From positions 1,674,001 to 1,738,000 of the forward strand of contig CAKKNE010000001.1 of NCBI GenBank assembly GCA_918797485.1: a DNA stretch of 64,000 nt. The letters are read 5' to 3'. Positions 51,301-61,574 of the stretch are shown piece after piece. The notes beneath the pieces were generated by a model. It did not search any database, was not told where the DNA came from, and worked only from the letters and a program-made list of their open reading frames with translations. The stretch's first letter is position 1. Every line of letters starts with the position of its first letter. This DNA is from Pelagomonas calceolata. Taxonomy: Eukaryota. The position numbers were made by a program, and so were the translations under genes.

Positions 51301-52008
51301 CTACCTCGGCGACGGCAAGGGCTTTATGCGGCCGCGGACTGATTCTCGGTTTCGCAAGCAACCCGCAATACTCACCGTTAACGGGTGCGCGCCGCCAAAC
51401 ACGCGCCGTGCGATCGGTACCAGATCCTCGAGCGTCGTCACGGCCTCGCGGAGATCGCCAGGCGTGGCGCCGGTGTCCATGTAGAGCGCCATCGCGTAAA
51501 TCCACCTCCAACACGCCCACCCGAGCGCGCACTTTACGACACCGTGGTATTGTTGCTCGCAGAGGCTACACGTGTGCCATCGCACCCACCTCGCCTGCAA
51601 CGCCTCGGGGCCCAAATTGTTCTCCTTGACCTCGTCCATCAAAATCTTCGCCTGCTCCGCCAAGCACGACACGTGCGCGAAGCCCGCCGTCCCGCGGCAC
51701 GCACACATGCGCACGAGGCCCTCCTTCGTTTTCCAGTGGAGGGCCTGCGTGCAGATGTAGCACGTCTGGCCCTTCGTGTCGTCGGCGCACGCCTCGACCG
51801 CGACCGCGACCGCCTCCTTGTATTTTTTGTCTGCATTATACTGTTCCGCGTTGCCCCCGCGGTGTATTTTCTTGCACATCTGCTTGTGACCGCGGCGCCA
51901 GTGGTCATGCTGGCAAGTTTTGTTGCAGTATCTCGTCTGGCATCTAACGCATCGCGGCGCGTCGTGGGCCAGTGGGGCGGCACAGGCGGCGCAATTTGTG
52001 AGGATCAT
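51301..52008 (-). CDS. MYND zinc finger + RING-CH-like protein, apparently internally deleted
   Basis: CAAC..CVRC..YC..CQ..HW..GHK..C; CYIC..CACRG..AHVSC..CSLC; jumps directly to the C-terminal helix. Confidence 0.75.
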   Translation of the reverse strand: MILTNCAACAAPLAHDAPRCVRCQTRYCNKTCQHDHWRRGHKQMCKKIHRGGNAEQYNADKKYKEAVAVAVEACADDTKGQTCYICTQALHWKTKEGLVRMCACRGTAGFAHVSCLAEQAKILMDEVKENNLGPEALQARWVRWHTCSLCEQQYHGVVKCALGWACWRWIYAMALYMDTGATPGDLREAVTTLEDLVPIARRVFGGAHPLTVSIAGCLRNRESVRGRIKPLPSPR

Positions 52009-52172
52009 TTTGCGTTTTGCGGTGAGTTATTGGGGCTTGCGCGTCGGCTTGACTCGGCTTGGAAAACCCGATTTTTTCAACTCGCAAAAGAGGCGCACGA
52101 GCCTTTTTTTGACATTCACTTCACTCGCTACAACACACATTACCTTCTACTACCATCGGTGCGGCCGGCCGG

Positions 52173-52835
52173 TCAAGGGTCGGGTCGCTCCGGCCGCTCC
52201 CCGAGAACGCGCGCGAGTTCCTCGGCGGTGCTGGGCGCGCGGCCCCGACGCCGTCGACGCGAAAGCGGGTTCTGGAGCGAGCTGCTCGCCGCCTGCGCGT
52301 CGGCGAGCTTTGCCCGTTCCCGCGCGACGCGCTCGGGCGAGTAGTCGCGGGAGTCGTCCTCCGGCGCCAGGCCTCGTTCCAGCCAATACTGTTCGCCGTA
52401 GTCGAACGATAGCTCATCCCCCGCTTTAATATCCTTCAGAGCATAAAACGCCACGCGCCGCTCCGCCAGACTCACGCGCGGCTCGAGGCAGGCGTCCTGC
52501 GCGTGGTTGATCGCGCGGCTCGCGTGGTCCGAGTCGACGGCGTCGATGTACACGTGGCTGCCGGCCACGGCGCCGCCGCCGAGATGGAACAAGTATTCTG
52601 GCTCTTCAGAGACGTAGCGCACGGCTCGCTGCGCGAAGTCGATCACCTCGCCTTCATAATCGCAGACCCACGCGCCTTGAGAACGGTCCTCGGCGGCGAA
52701 CGCGCCCAACCCTTTGCTGCCGCAGTCCTTCACAGTCATGCGCAGCTCTGGCAGAGCAGGTGTCGGTGACGGCACCGCGAGTGCATTGCAGTGCTGCAGA
52801 TGTGCTGCTGCCAAAATTAGCAGCGCGGGGCGCAT
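52173..52835 (-). CDS. SET-domain lysine methyltransferase with N-terminal signal peptide
   Basis: KGLGAFA, YEGE, RAINHA, ELSFDYG. Confidence 0.8.
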   Translation of the reverse strand: MRPALLILAAAHLQHCNALAVPSPTPALPELRMTVKDCGSKGLGAFAAEDRSQGAWVCDYEGEVIDFAQRAVRYVSEEPEYLFHLGGGAVAGSHVYIDAVDSDHASRAINHAQDACLEPRVSLAERRVAFYALKDIKAGDELSFDYGEQYWLERGLAPEDDSRDYSPERVARERAKLADAQAASSSLQNPLSRRRRRGRAPSTAEELARVLGERPERPDP

Positions 52836-52953
52836 GTCTCTCGAAGAGCGCGGATTCGCGACCACTCGCAACGTGTAGTAATTATGCGCAGCTATGCCGT
52901 GTAAAGGATAGTGGCTGGAATGCCTGCTGGGGCGCTGGCTTGCGCACCGCTGT

Positions 52954-52977
52954 GCTAGTGTCTTACTGGACGCTAGC
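52954..52977 (+). promoter_or_regulatory. Conserved upstream element (copy 10), divergent promoter
   Basis: gctagtgtcttactggacgctagc, one mismatch to copy 1. Confidence 0.7.
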
Positions 52978-53128
52978 TTCGACCTCGCACAACATAACGC
53001 GACCTACTACGCGTCAGCGGCGACAAAATCGCGAGTAAGCCGCGCGTCGAGGTCGCGCAGCGCGCGCTCCAACTCGGGCGTCGAGGCCTGACCCGAAAAG
53101 ACCGCGTCCAAGGTACCACACAAAAGCG

Positions 53129-54010
53129 ATGGCCGATCTCTCTCGCCATCATCCTGGACGAGCCCTGCTCGACTCTAAGAACTCACCATTGGCCAAAGCG
53201 GTACAATCGCTCGACGTGGCGCGGCTACGCGAGCTCCTGGCCGGCGGGGTGGACGCGAACACTCGCATCGGATCGAAGACTGCGCTCTATTCGCTGTGCT
53301 CGACGCGTCTCAGTGTGGAATCCGTCTCGGAGCCACCGCTCGACGGCCCCGGCGAGGAGTCCCAGCTGTACTGCAAGCCGGCAGGGGACCCGGTACGTGC
53401 CGGAGCAAATCGATACGACGACTTTCACCGGACACAACAAAGGGCCGCGTGCGTCGCTGCGCTTCTGGACGCCGGCGCCGATCCGAACTTGCGACCGTGG
53501 GGTAGCGATCCAGACACGCCCCTGATCGAAGCGGCCTTGCATGGCTTTCCTGACATCGTGCGATTGCTTTTGGCGCACGGCGCGGACGTCGGCTTCGCAC
53601 AGAAACACGGTAACTCAGTGCTTCACGCGGTTCTATTCACGCGGCCGAATGTTCTAGAACGCGACCAGGCAGAATGTGTTAGATTGCTGATTGCGGGTGG
53701 TGCGGACGTGCACGCAAAAAGAATTAACCAAAATCATGGGCTGCCTGGGCCCACGCCCTTCGACGATGCGCTCTATTACCACCGTAGATGGCTTTTCCCC
53801 ATCTTCCTGAGGGCCGGCGCTTCTTGTGACCGGGAATTCCTAGAGGGGTATTCTTACTTCAGAAAAGTCCGCGACGCCGGCGGTATCAAAGCGTACGAAA
53901 AGGCGCATCTCAAGCGCCTCGTCGTTATGCTCGTCCACAAATTCCCGCAGCTCCCGGCCGCCGTTCATCCCCGCATTGTGATGCACTGGGCGCACGTCGG
54001 GGATTACTAA
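53129..54010 (+). CDS. Ankyrin repeat protein
   Basis: LLDAGADPN, TPLIEAALHG..IVRLLLAHGADV, LIAGGADV. Confidence 0.85.
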   Translation: MADLSRHHPGRALLDSKNSPLAKAVQSLDVARLRELLAGGVDANTRIGSKTALYSLCSTRLSVESVSEPPLDGPGEESQLYCKPAGDPVRAGANRYDDFHRTQQRAACVAALLDAGADPNLRPWGSDPDTPLIEAALHGFPDIVRLLLAHGADVGFAQKHGNSVLHAVLFTRPNVLERDQAECVRLLIAGGADVHAKRINQNHGLPGPTPFDDALYYHRRWLFPIFLRAGASCDREFLEGYSYFRKVRDAGGIKAYEKAHLKRLVVMLVHKFPQLPAAVHPRIVMHWAHVGDY

Positions 54011-54038
54011 TCAACAAAAAGATTAACAACAGAACAAT

Positions 54039-54884
54039 TCACTCCACGTGCCGCAACAACCACCCCCGACACGCGCTAGCCCCGCAGAAGCACTCCGTCC
54101 GCGAGTCCTCGACCGCGTCGTCCGGCGCGCCGCCCGCGTAGTCGAACGCGAGTTCGACGCCCACCGCCACGTCCTTCAACGTGACGAGCGCGAGCGTCGG
54201 CAGGAACTGGCCCCGCGTCGACCGCGTCGGCACCACTTCACAATTCGGCGCGCACGAGTGGTTCACGAAGCGCGCGACGCCGCCGCGGTCCGTCGCGTCG
54301 ACCGTCGTCCGCCAGGCCGCCACGCTCTCGTCGCGCGAGTGCTCGACGACGGATAAAATATAGGTCGGCCGGCCCGCCTCGAACTCGGCCCGCTCCCGCT
54401 CCCGCGCGGCCGTTCGCGAGACGACGGCGCCCGTGTAGTCGACGACGCGCCGGCCTTTCGGGATGTGCTCGCCGGCGACGAGGCCCCAGCACTTCTTCGC
54501 GGCGAGCCACGCGACGCGCACCTCGGCGTGGACGTCGTGCTCGGCGCCCGCAAAATTATTATAACGCGGCAGGACGAGCTTGCGCGCGTACCGGAAGCCC
54601 TCCGGGAAGGGAGGCGCGGGCAGCGGCGGCCGCCCGACGACCGGCACCGGCCGAGCGCCGCCGCGGCTGGCGTCGCGGCGGATCGCGGCCACGACTTGGC
54701 GGGCCGCACCGCGTGCCGCCCGCGAGCAGCGCGCGACGGCGACGGCGTCCGCGAAGTCGCAGAATGGCGCCGCGAGCGCCACGCACCGGAGCGGCGCGGC
54801 GAGCGGAGGCGGCACGGCGCCCAGCGCCCTGGCGCCGTCGCGCCGCCAGCGCCGGCGGAAGGCGTGCCAGTCCGTCTGGGCCAT
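54039..54884 (-). CDS. SET + post-SET histone lysine methyltransferase-like protein
   Basis: WGLVA, YTG, ARFVNHSCAPN, ELAFDY, CFCGASACRG. Confidence 0.85.
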   Translation of the reverse strand: MAQTDWHAFRRRWRRDGARALGAVPPPLAAPLRCVALAAPFCDFADAVAVARCSRAARGAARQVVAAIRRDASRGGARPVPVVGRPPLPAPPFPEGFRYARKLVLPRYNNFAGAEHDVHAEVRVAWLAAKKCWGLVAGEHIPKGRRVVDYTGAVVSRTAARERERAEFEAGRPTYILSVVEHSRDESVAAWRTTVDATDRGGVARFVNHSCAPNCEVVPTRSTRGQFLPTLALVTLKDVAVGVELAFDYAGGAPDDAVEDSRTECFCGASACRGWLLRHVE

Positions 54885-55195
54885 CACTGATGCATTTGGC
54901 TGTGGCGCGGCCGCCAGAGCTCGGCGCGTTGAAAGCTCTCTGTTTCCGCTTCTCCAGAGATCACTTTCGATGAACGCCGGGCGCTGCCGGTCAACTGCGA
55001 TCGCTGCTCGGATGTCCTCTTGCCCTCCTCTCCCTGTGGTTAGGAGAGCAGTCGTGGCCCTGTCGCTTTCACAGCGCTAGGTCACTCGAGAGCGGGTCGC
55101 GCATTGCAAACGACGCCTCGCGCTGCCACCACAGCGCCCAGCACGCGCCGCAAACCACGCACGCGGCCGAAACCTCTGGAGGAGGCCACACCACA

Positions 55196-56037
55196 ATGCA
55201 CACTGTACTCCGCCGCGCGGCCCCGCGGCTCCGGGCCGCAAGCCGTGCCATCAGCACGACAACTGCGCCACAGTCGCGAGGCTGGGTGCTGGGCGTGGCC
55301 AGCGCTGCAGCGGGCGCGGCCGGCGCGCTCGCGGTCGCCGGCGAGCGGCCGCCGCCGTCCGTCGCGGAGTGGGCGGCGCGCGACGACCCCGGCTCGTCCA
55401 ACGCGGAGCAGCGCTTCGCCCAGTGGAAGCGCGTCGACGAGGGACTCGTCGCGAGCGGCGCCGCGAAAAGCAATGCCATCTACGACGCGTTTGGTGCAGT
55501 GTGGAAATCAACCAGTGAGTTAAGTTCACGGGGACAACGTCGCGTCGATGGCGTGGGGCGCCCGAGATTTGATTTCCACGCAGGTTAGGCGCGCAGACGA
55601 ATGCCCTCAAGCACCACCGCCTCTGGTCGAAGCCCGACGGCTCCGAGGTCGCCTGCGTGGCGACGTTCGGCGACGACTGCGTGGGCCATCCGGGCGTCGT
55701 CCACGGCGGCGTCACCTCTCTACTGTTCGACAACACGCTCGGCTGGGCCAACGCCCTGTCCATCACGAAGGGCGGCGACCCGTCCCAGCACGACACCGTG
55801 AAACAGTTCGGCATGACGGCGAACCTGTCCGTGAACTACCGGCGCCCGCTCTTCGTGGGCCAGACGGTCGTCATCTCGTGTTCGTTGGATCGGGTCGAGG
55901 GCCGCAAGCGCTTCCTCAAGGGCGTCATGAAGGACGGGAAGACGGGCGGCGTCATCGCGGACGCGACGGCGCTGTACGTCGTGCCGCGCACGGCCGCGGA
56001 GAAGGCTGCGGGCGTCAAGTCTACTTGGGCGAAGTGA
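55196..56037 (+). CDS. Mitochondrial hotdog-fold acyl-CoA thioesterase (THEM4-like), 2 exons
   Basis: join(55196..55488,55584..56037); mitochondrial-type presequence; GHPGVVHGG..LFD, TANLSVNYRRP. Confidence 0.85.
55489..55591 (+). mobile_element. Introner forming the 95-nt intron 55489-55583
   Basis: TSD gtttggtg / gttaggcg (6/8); TIR cagtgtggaaatcaa / ttgatttccacgcag. Confidence 0.85.
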
Positions 56038-56078
56038 GTAACTGTTCTGTTGAGTATTGTGGCGCGCGGCGATGGTTT

Positions 56079-56102
56079 TCTAGCGGCTGTAAAGACACTA
56101 GC
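56079..56102 (-). promoter_or_regulatory. Conserved upstream element (copy 11)
   Basis: tctagcggctgtaaagacactagc, ~220 bp upstream of the ATG at 56321. Confidence 0.6.
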
Positions 56103-56320
56103 AAACGAGCACACACAGTGCTCAGCTTCACGCAAGATCACGCCAATATTCTGCACCTCGCAGCGCGTTGGGGCATCGATTCCTGAAGCGCTGCGCCTGC
56201 TGCAGCATCTCGCGCCATCGCTGCGGCACTTTGAGGCCTTTGACCACATTGCTCTCACTGCTCTCTGAAAGCCTGCGGCGCTGTTCATCGTCGCGCGTGG
56301 CTGGAACGCCAGCAAACGCC

Positions 56321-58111
56321 ATGTCTGACGCCATAACAAACGATCCAGAACTGGAAAGGAAGGGCTGCGCGGCAGCCGCGGAGTACGCGCAGATCCACTG
56401 GGCGAAGCTGCAGCGCCTCGTCAACGACGACGCCGTGCCCGCGGAATCGATCGAGCTGCACGGCAACGACCGGCGGCTCTACGCCTGCTTCCGCGCGTCG
56501 ATCTCGGAGGACGTCGCGGTGCTGCGCGCCGAGCAGCTGAAAACGCGGATCTGGCGCGATCTGCTCACGTGCATGGATGGTCGCGTTAAAGATCACAACT
56601 TTATGACGCTGTTACGGCCCGACGCGGCGCTGAGCTACGACGACCAGCGCGAGAACCTCTTCGTCGTGCCGCGGGCGCAGTTTCTGATGATCGAGCTCGC
56701 TCGTCAACGGGAGGGCTGCTACGACGGCGCATGGCGGGCGAAGCGACGCGCGTGCGCAATGCCGGCGTCAGCACCGCTCCGCCTCACGCGGACTACGCGC
56801 TACAGCGTGCTGGAATGCGCCGCGAGCACGGCCAGAATTGTGGGCGTGGACGCATCGTCGAGCGCGGCCGACGCTAGCGCGACGAGCGCGACGGCTGAAG
56901 GAGCCGAGGAAGAGTCGGACAACGCGCGCGCCGCAAGACTGGGCAAGCAGCTCGCAGAGTGCGTCCCGTGCGCCGAGGCGGCACGTAGGCTGCCCTGTCC
57001 GCGGACGGCGGCGCGGCGGCCGCGCGATGGCGCCCCCGTCGTCATCGACGGCGCGCTGGATCAAGCGGCGTGCGCCGAGGCCTGCGCGGCCGCACTGGCC
57101 TTCTTCGACGGCGCGGGGGACCGTAGAATTGCCGAGCAACAATTGCATCGCGGCGACGACGTGGCCTTTGTCCCTCTATTTGGTGAGGACGAGGGCTCGC
57201 CGCTGCGACAGGCGCTGGGGCCCGCGCGCCGCCTCCTCGCGCGCGCCGCCGCCGACATCGGCGATGCGGATTTGTTAGTCCCGGAGGTAGCCCAGCTAGC
57301 GTTGTACGACGGGTGCAAGCGCAATTTAAAACCAGGGTACGTCGCGCACCGTGACAACGCGTCCACACCTGGTGCTGCTGGCGAGAACTACCGCGAAGTG
57401 ACGTTGCTCCTCTATCTGAACGGCGCGCCACCGGGCGCTAGCGGCGGCGAGCTCCGTTCGTACGTCGGCGCGGAGCCCTCGGATCTCGATGGCGCCACCG
57501 CCCTGCGCGTCGACGACATCCAGCCTCGCGCGGGTCGCCTCGTCCTCTTCGAGTCGCGCACGCTGTTGCACGCTGTGCGGCCCGTCGGGCTCTGGCGCCG
57601 CGTCGCGCTGTCGCTCTGGTGCCTCAAGCGGATTCCGAACGATAGACTCTCGCCACTTACGGATATCTTGGGCGCCGATGCTTTCCAGTACTTGGATGCG
57701 ATAAGTCTGGCCCGGCTTGCAGCGTGCGCGCGCGTGTTCGGGAAGAAGAAGGACGGGCGCTCGCTCTGCGACGCAGCAGCGCGGCAGCAACTTAGCGCCC
57801 TCCGCGAAGAATTCTTGACGGGAGTCAAGAGCATCGACGGTATGGACTGGCTTCTATACCGACAAATTCCCTCCTGGATCTACTGCTTGTACGATTGGGA
57901 AGAGTCGAGTGCTGCGTTAGGAAGATGGGGCCCCGTCGACATGTTCGGGGACCGTGGATGGACATTCCGTCGAAAAGAGAAGGAACGCGAAAAGAGGAAG
58001 AGGGCCGTGGACGAGATCCGACATCAGATACATATCAAAGGCTCCCGGGCCCAGGAGTATGTCGACGATTTTCTCGCTGAGCTACTCCGGGACGCGCGCG
58101 AGGAGGACTAA
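56321..58111 (+). CDS. Fusion of PBDC1-like domain + EGLN/PHD-like 2OG-Fe(II) prolyl hydroxylase + F-box-like tail
   Basis: LYACFR...WR...DHNFMTLLRPDA...VPRAQFLMIELARQREG; YVAHRDN, TLLLYLN, GGELR, LHAVRP, RVALSLW. Confidence 0.7.
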   Translation: MSDAITNDPELERKGCAAAAEYAQIHWAKLQRLVNDDAVPAESIELHGNDRRLYACFRASISEDVAVLRAEQLKTRIWRDLLTCMDGRVKDHNFMTLLRPDAALSYDDQRENLFVVPRAQFLMIELARQREGCYDGAWRAKRRACAMPASAPLRLTRTTRYSVLECAASTARIVGVDASSSAADASATSATAEGAEEESDNARAARLGKQLAECVPCAEAARRLPCPRTAARRPRDGAPVVIDGALDQAACAEACAAALAFFDGAGDRRIAEQQLHRGDDVAFVPLFGEDEGSPLRQALGPARRLLARAAADIGDADLLVPEVAQLALYDGCKRNLKPGYVAHRDNASTPGAAGENYREVTLLLYLNGAPPGASGGELRSYVGAEPSDLDGATALRVDDIQPRAGRLVLFESRTLLHAVRPVGLWRRVALSLWCLKRIPNDRLSPLTDILGADAFQYLDAISLARLAACARVFGKKKDGRSLCDAAARQQLSALREEFLTGVKSIDGMDWLLYRQIPSWIYCLYDWEESSAALGRWGPVDMFGDRGWTFRRKEKEREKRKRAVDEIRHQIHIKGSRAQEYVDDFLAELLRDAREED

Positions 58112-58152
58112 TGTGTTGTTTGACTTAATACATCGAGCGAAAAACGAACGAA

Positions 58153-59193
58153 CTAGTGACCAGCGAGGAACGGGAGCGCGCGCGCCGCGGCCGGCGACGC
58201 GCGAGAAGCCGGATCGACGTCTAACAACCGCTCGAGCAGATCGACCGCGTCAGTATCCCGCGACAGGCCCTTGCCGGGCATGCGCCGCAGCACCGAGCAC
58301 AGGTCCCGGACCACTTCCCCCTGGCGCTTCGCGACCTTCTTGCCCTCGCGGTTCGGCACGGCCAGCGCCCCGCGTAGCCAGCGTCCCGGCTTGCAGCGGA
58401 ACTGGGGCCGGCCCGGCGGGTCGCAGACGCGCGAGTTGAAGGGAAACCAGACGGGAAAGCCGCACGCGAGTTCCAGAAAAACTGCCCCCACCGCGTAGAC
58501 GTCGACGGACGCCGGTGGCGCCGTCCTCAGAGTTTGTGGATGTGTAACGCACTCCGGCGCGCGGTACTCGGGCGTCGCCGAGCCGCCCGGGTCGCCCACG
58601 GCAAACTCGTAGGCACTTCCGAAATCGCAGAGGCGCGGTACCGCCCCGTCCATGAGGATGTTATCAGGCTTGATATCGGCGTGCACGATGCCCGACGCCG
58701 CGAGGTGCTCCACCGCCTCCAATAATCGCGCCAACAACACGCGAAGCTTCTTGTGCGCCACGGGCTGCGTAACATCTTTTTCGTCTTCGAACAAGTCGTG
58801 CCAGAAGTGGCCCCGGTCGACCCTGTAGGTCCGCGAGCTCTGGCCGCAGACGCGCGTGTACTCGCCCTCTACCTTCAACCATGTCAAGGACGCGAGCGAC
58901 GGGCCGCCCAGCTCCGTCGTGAGCCACAGCGCGTTTTCCGTCGTCGCTTGTGAGACGAGGCCGCAGATCAGCCGGTGCGATTGTAGTTGTCTCAGCATCC
59001 TGGCCTCGCGCTTGCCGCTCTTTTCGGCTCCACATAAATCGGCGGCTCCTCTCACAAAGCGCTTCGCCGCGACGGCGCGCCCGTCCTCGAGAACAGCTCG
59101 GTAGACGGTGCCAAAAGTGCCTGTCCCGAGCTCAGCTTCTATGGATACGCCCGGCGGCGGCGCGCAGTCCGCCGTGGACACCTGCTGCGCCAT
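58153..59193 (-). CDS. Ser/Thr protein kinase
   Basis: GTGTFGTV, AAK, HADIKPDN, DFG, YRAPE, DVYAVG. Confidence 0.9.
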   Translation of the reverse strand: MAQQVSTADCAPPPGVSIEAELGTGTFGTVYRAVLEDGRAVAAKRFVRGAADLCGAEKSGKREARMLRQLQSHRLICGLVSQATTENALWLTTELGGPSLASLTWLKVEGEYTRVCGQSSRTYRVDRGHFWHDLFEDEKDVTQPVAHKKLRVLLARLLEAVEHLAASGIVHADIKPDNILMDGAVPRLCDFGSAYEFAVGDPGGSATPEYRAPECVTHPQTLRTAPPASVDVYAVGAVFLELACGFPVWFPFNSRVCDPPGRPQFRCKPGRWLRGALAVPNREGKKVAKRQGEVVRDLCSVLRRMPGKGLSRDTDAVDLLERLLDVDPASRASPAAARALPFLAGH

Positions 59194-59422
59194 CGGTGCC
59201 ACGCGTCGTCGCCGCGAGGGGCTGCGCAACGGTGCTGCGAAGGCTGCCCGACGCCGGTTGTGTGAGCTGCTGGTGCGGGGTCAACGACGAGACGCTTTCG
59301 ACGCGCGCCGCACATTGACGGGGCCCTCCGGAAGTCTAATCTACGGGGTCGAGGCCAGAAAAAGCGCGTCGCGCTCGATCGGACGGCACGCGGCGCGCGA
59401 AGAACAAGCTACGGAAGAATAT

Positions 59423-61330
59423 TTAAACAGAGCTTCGATCGACCGACTCCTGGCGCGTCACCGACGAGTCCGCGATCCTAAAGGCCGACGTCAGCGACGT
59501 CGTCCGCGCGCCCAGGGCTTCGTCGACCTCGGGCAGCTCTTTGGCCAACCTTTTCATCACCGGCTCGACCTCGTTCGCGAGCTCCGCTCTACATTGTACA
59601 GCCACGTCCGCCCGCAGCTCGCGCACCCGATTGCCCATGCGCCCCGGCAGCACGAGTTCGCCGCCCTCGACGCCGAACGCGTACGCGTCCCGGAAGTACC
59701 AGAGCTCCTCCATGACCTCGTCGGCGTCGGCGCCTGTGCCTGGTTTCCTCGGCGCTTTGAGGCCCGGTCGCCTCCGGGCATACTTCTCGAGGTCCGTCAA
59801 ACGACTTCCCATGTTTAATCGAGGCGCCCACGTCTCGCGAAACTTGGCCAGGAAAAGCTTCCCGCCCTGGATGGCTGATCGTGCTTTCTCCTCCTCGTCT
59901 CCTTCGACGAAAGACGCTTCTAACCTAGCTTGCCGCGCCGCTCGCTTCGCGAGAATGCGTTCGTCCTGGCAGTCGTCGCGCACCTCGTACTCGAAGTTCA
60001 AGCGTAGATAAGGACAATCGGTAACGGCTTGCACGACATCTGATGATGCTGCTAGTCCATCCAACTCCTTATCGAGCAACTCCAAAGCTCTCAACGTAGC
60101 CAGTCTATCACACAACCTTCGGTCGAACGACGCCAGCGGCATCTCCTCGCTTTCCGTCTTGTAGACCGTCTCGCCACCGATCCTCAATTCCTCGGCGGCG
60201 TTCATCTCCGTCGACGGCAGCGCTTTCACCGGCATCGCATCCCTATAACACCGCTCCCGGTCCGTCTCTTCCAGTATGCCGTAATGGAACGACCAGTTGT
60301 CTATGAGAGCGTCCGCCGTCCGCAACAACCGATGTAGAATCCATCTCGTATCTATTGGTTCTTCATAAAACATGGACTTCAAGGCCTGCGCCATCAGGAA
60401 CGGGTTCTTCTTCTGCCTTTCGCTGAAGCGCTGCGGCGGCTGGGCGAGCTCGACCTCCACCACATCATCGGGCGTGTTGCCTAGCGTTTCGAGGTACTCG
60501 ACCCAGTTGCCTCGCAATTGGCACAAAGCCGGCGTATACGAGGACGGCGGGCCCGCACTCCCGGTGTCTCTTAATTTGGGTCCCAAGTGGTCGTGCCCGA
60601 GGAACTTCGACAGCCACGACACTTGGGGCTCGTTCCTCAACGCCGCGGAGTACTGGAGCTGCGTCTGGACGGACCGCTGCGTGATCGCCGCGCCCAGATC
60701 GTCGTACGCATAACCCTCGCCGATCTCAGCAACGATGGCGTGCGGCCCCGACGTCGGCAGCGCGTCCACCACCGTCTCGACGGCGTCCTTCGGCACGCCT
60801 GACGGTGGACTGCTCGAGGCGATGTTTCTAGCTTCCTCGACCGCTTGCGCGAGGCGCGTCTTCTCCTCCTGCTGTACAGATTCCTCCTCCCGGATCGGGC
60901 GGCTCATGTAGCGGCAGGGGTCGCCGGGGTCGTGCCGCGCTTTGTCGGCCTTGGCCTGGGCGGCCTTTTCTAAGGCTGCCGCCGCATCAGATGCGGCCGG
61001 CGCCGCCGCCGCCGCCGGAGCCGCTGCCGGCGCCTCGACCGGCGGCCAGTCCCACGACGTGCGGCCGTCGGCCGTGTAGTAGTACGTGCCACCACTGGTA
61101 GGGTCGACGGCGGCCTGCCAGTCCGCGTAGGGGTCGACGACGGGAGTAGTGGGGTCGTCCCACGTCGTCGCGCCGGTCTCGGCGTCGTGCCAGTACGGGT
61201 CGCCGGACGCGGCGTCCTCGTAGCGCTGCCAGTCTGCTCGCAGGACGCTCGTGGGGCGTCTTACCGAAACCGGCGGCGCGATGAGCGCCGCGGCGCCGCC
61301 GGCTAGCGCCGCGAGCGATGCGAGCCTCAT
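59423..61330 (-). CDS. Probably plastid-targeted protein with two WW domains
   Basis: Signal + transit peptide; WQRYEDAASGDPYWHDAETGATTWDDP and WQAAVDPTSGGTYYY..TSWDWP. Confidence 0.75.
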   Translation of the reverse strand: MRLASLAALAGGAAALIAPPVSVRRPTSVLRADWQRYEDAASGDPYWHDAETGATTWDDPTTPVVDPYADWQAAVDPTSGGTYYYTADGRTSWDWPPVEAPAAAPAAAAAPAASDAAAALEKAAQAKADKARHDPGDPCRYMSRPIREEESVQQEEKTRLAQAVEEARNIASSSPPSGVPKDAVETVVDALPTSGPHAIVAEIGEGYAYDDLGAAITQRSVQTQLQYSAALRNEPQVSWLSKFLGHDHLGPKLRDTGSAGPPSSYTPALCQLRGNWVEYLETLGNTPDDVVEVELAQPPQRFSERQKKNPFLMAQALKSMFYEEPIDTRWILHRLLRTADALIDNWSFHYGILEETDRERCYRDAMPVKALPSTEMNAAEELRIGGETVYKTESEEMPLASFDRRLCDRLATLRALELLDKELDGLAASSDVVQAVTDCPYLRLNFEYEVRDDCQDERILAKRAARQARLEASFVEGDEEEKARSAIQGGKLFLAKFRETWAPRLNMGSRLTDLEKYARRRPGLKAPRKPGTGADADEVMEELWYFRDAYAFGVEGGELVLPGRMGNRVRELRADVAVQCRAELANEVEPVMKRLAKELPEVDEALGARTTSLTSAFRIADSSVTRQESVDRSSV

Positions 61331-61574
61331 GATGCAGGATGCAGTGTCCCAGCGATGCAAGGCCTATTTACCCCCAGCGATTGATGTGCAGCTTCGATCG
61401 CGACTGATGTGCAGCTTTGAGAAGCTGCAAGGAGTGCTGGATGCACCGCTGCTGCCGCCCAGGTTGAGAGCAGGCCGCGTTTGCAGTGCGTCGAGGCCTC
61501 GTCGACATTCTCGTGCGGGTTCTCGAGCTCACCGGGAACGATAGTAAATTATGTATAAAGTTAGTTGACACAGG

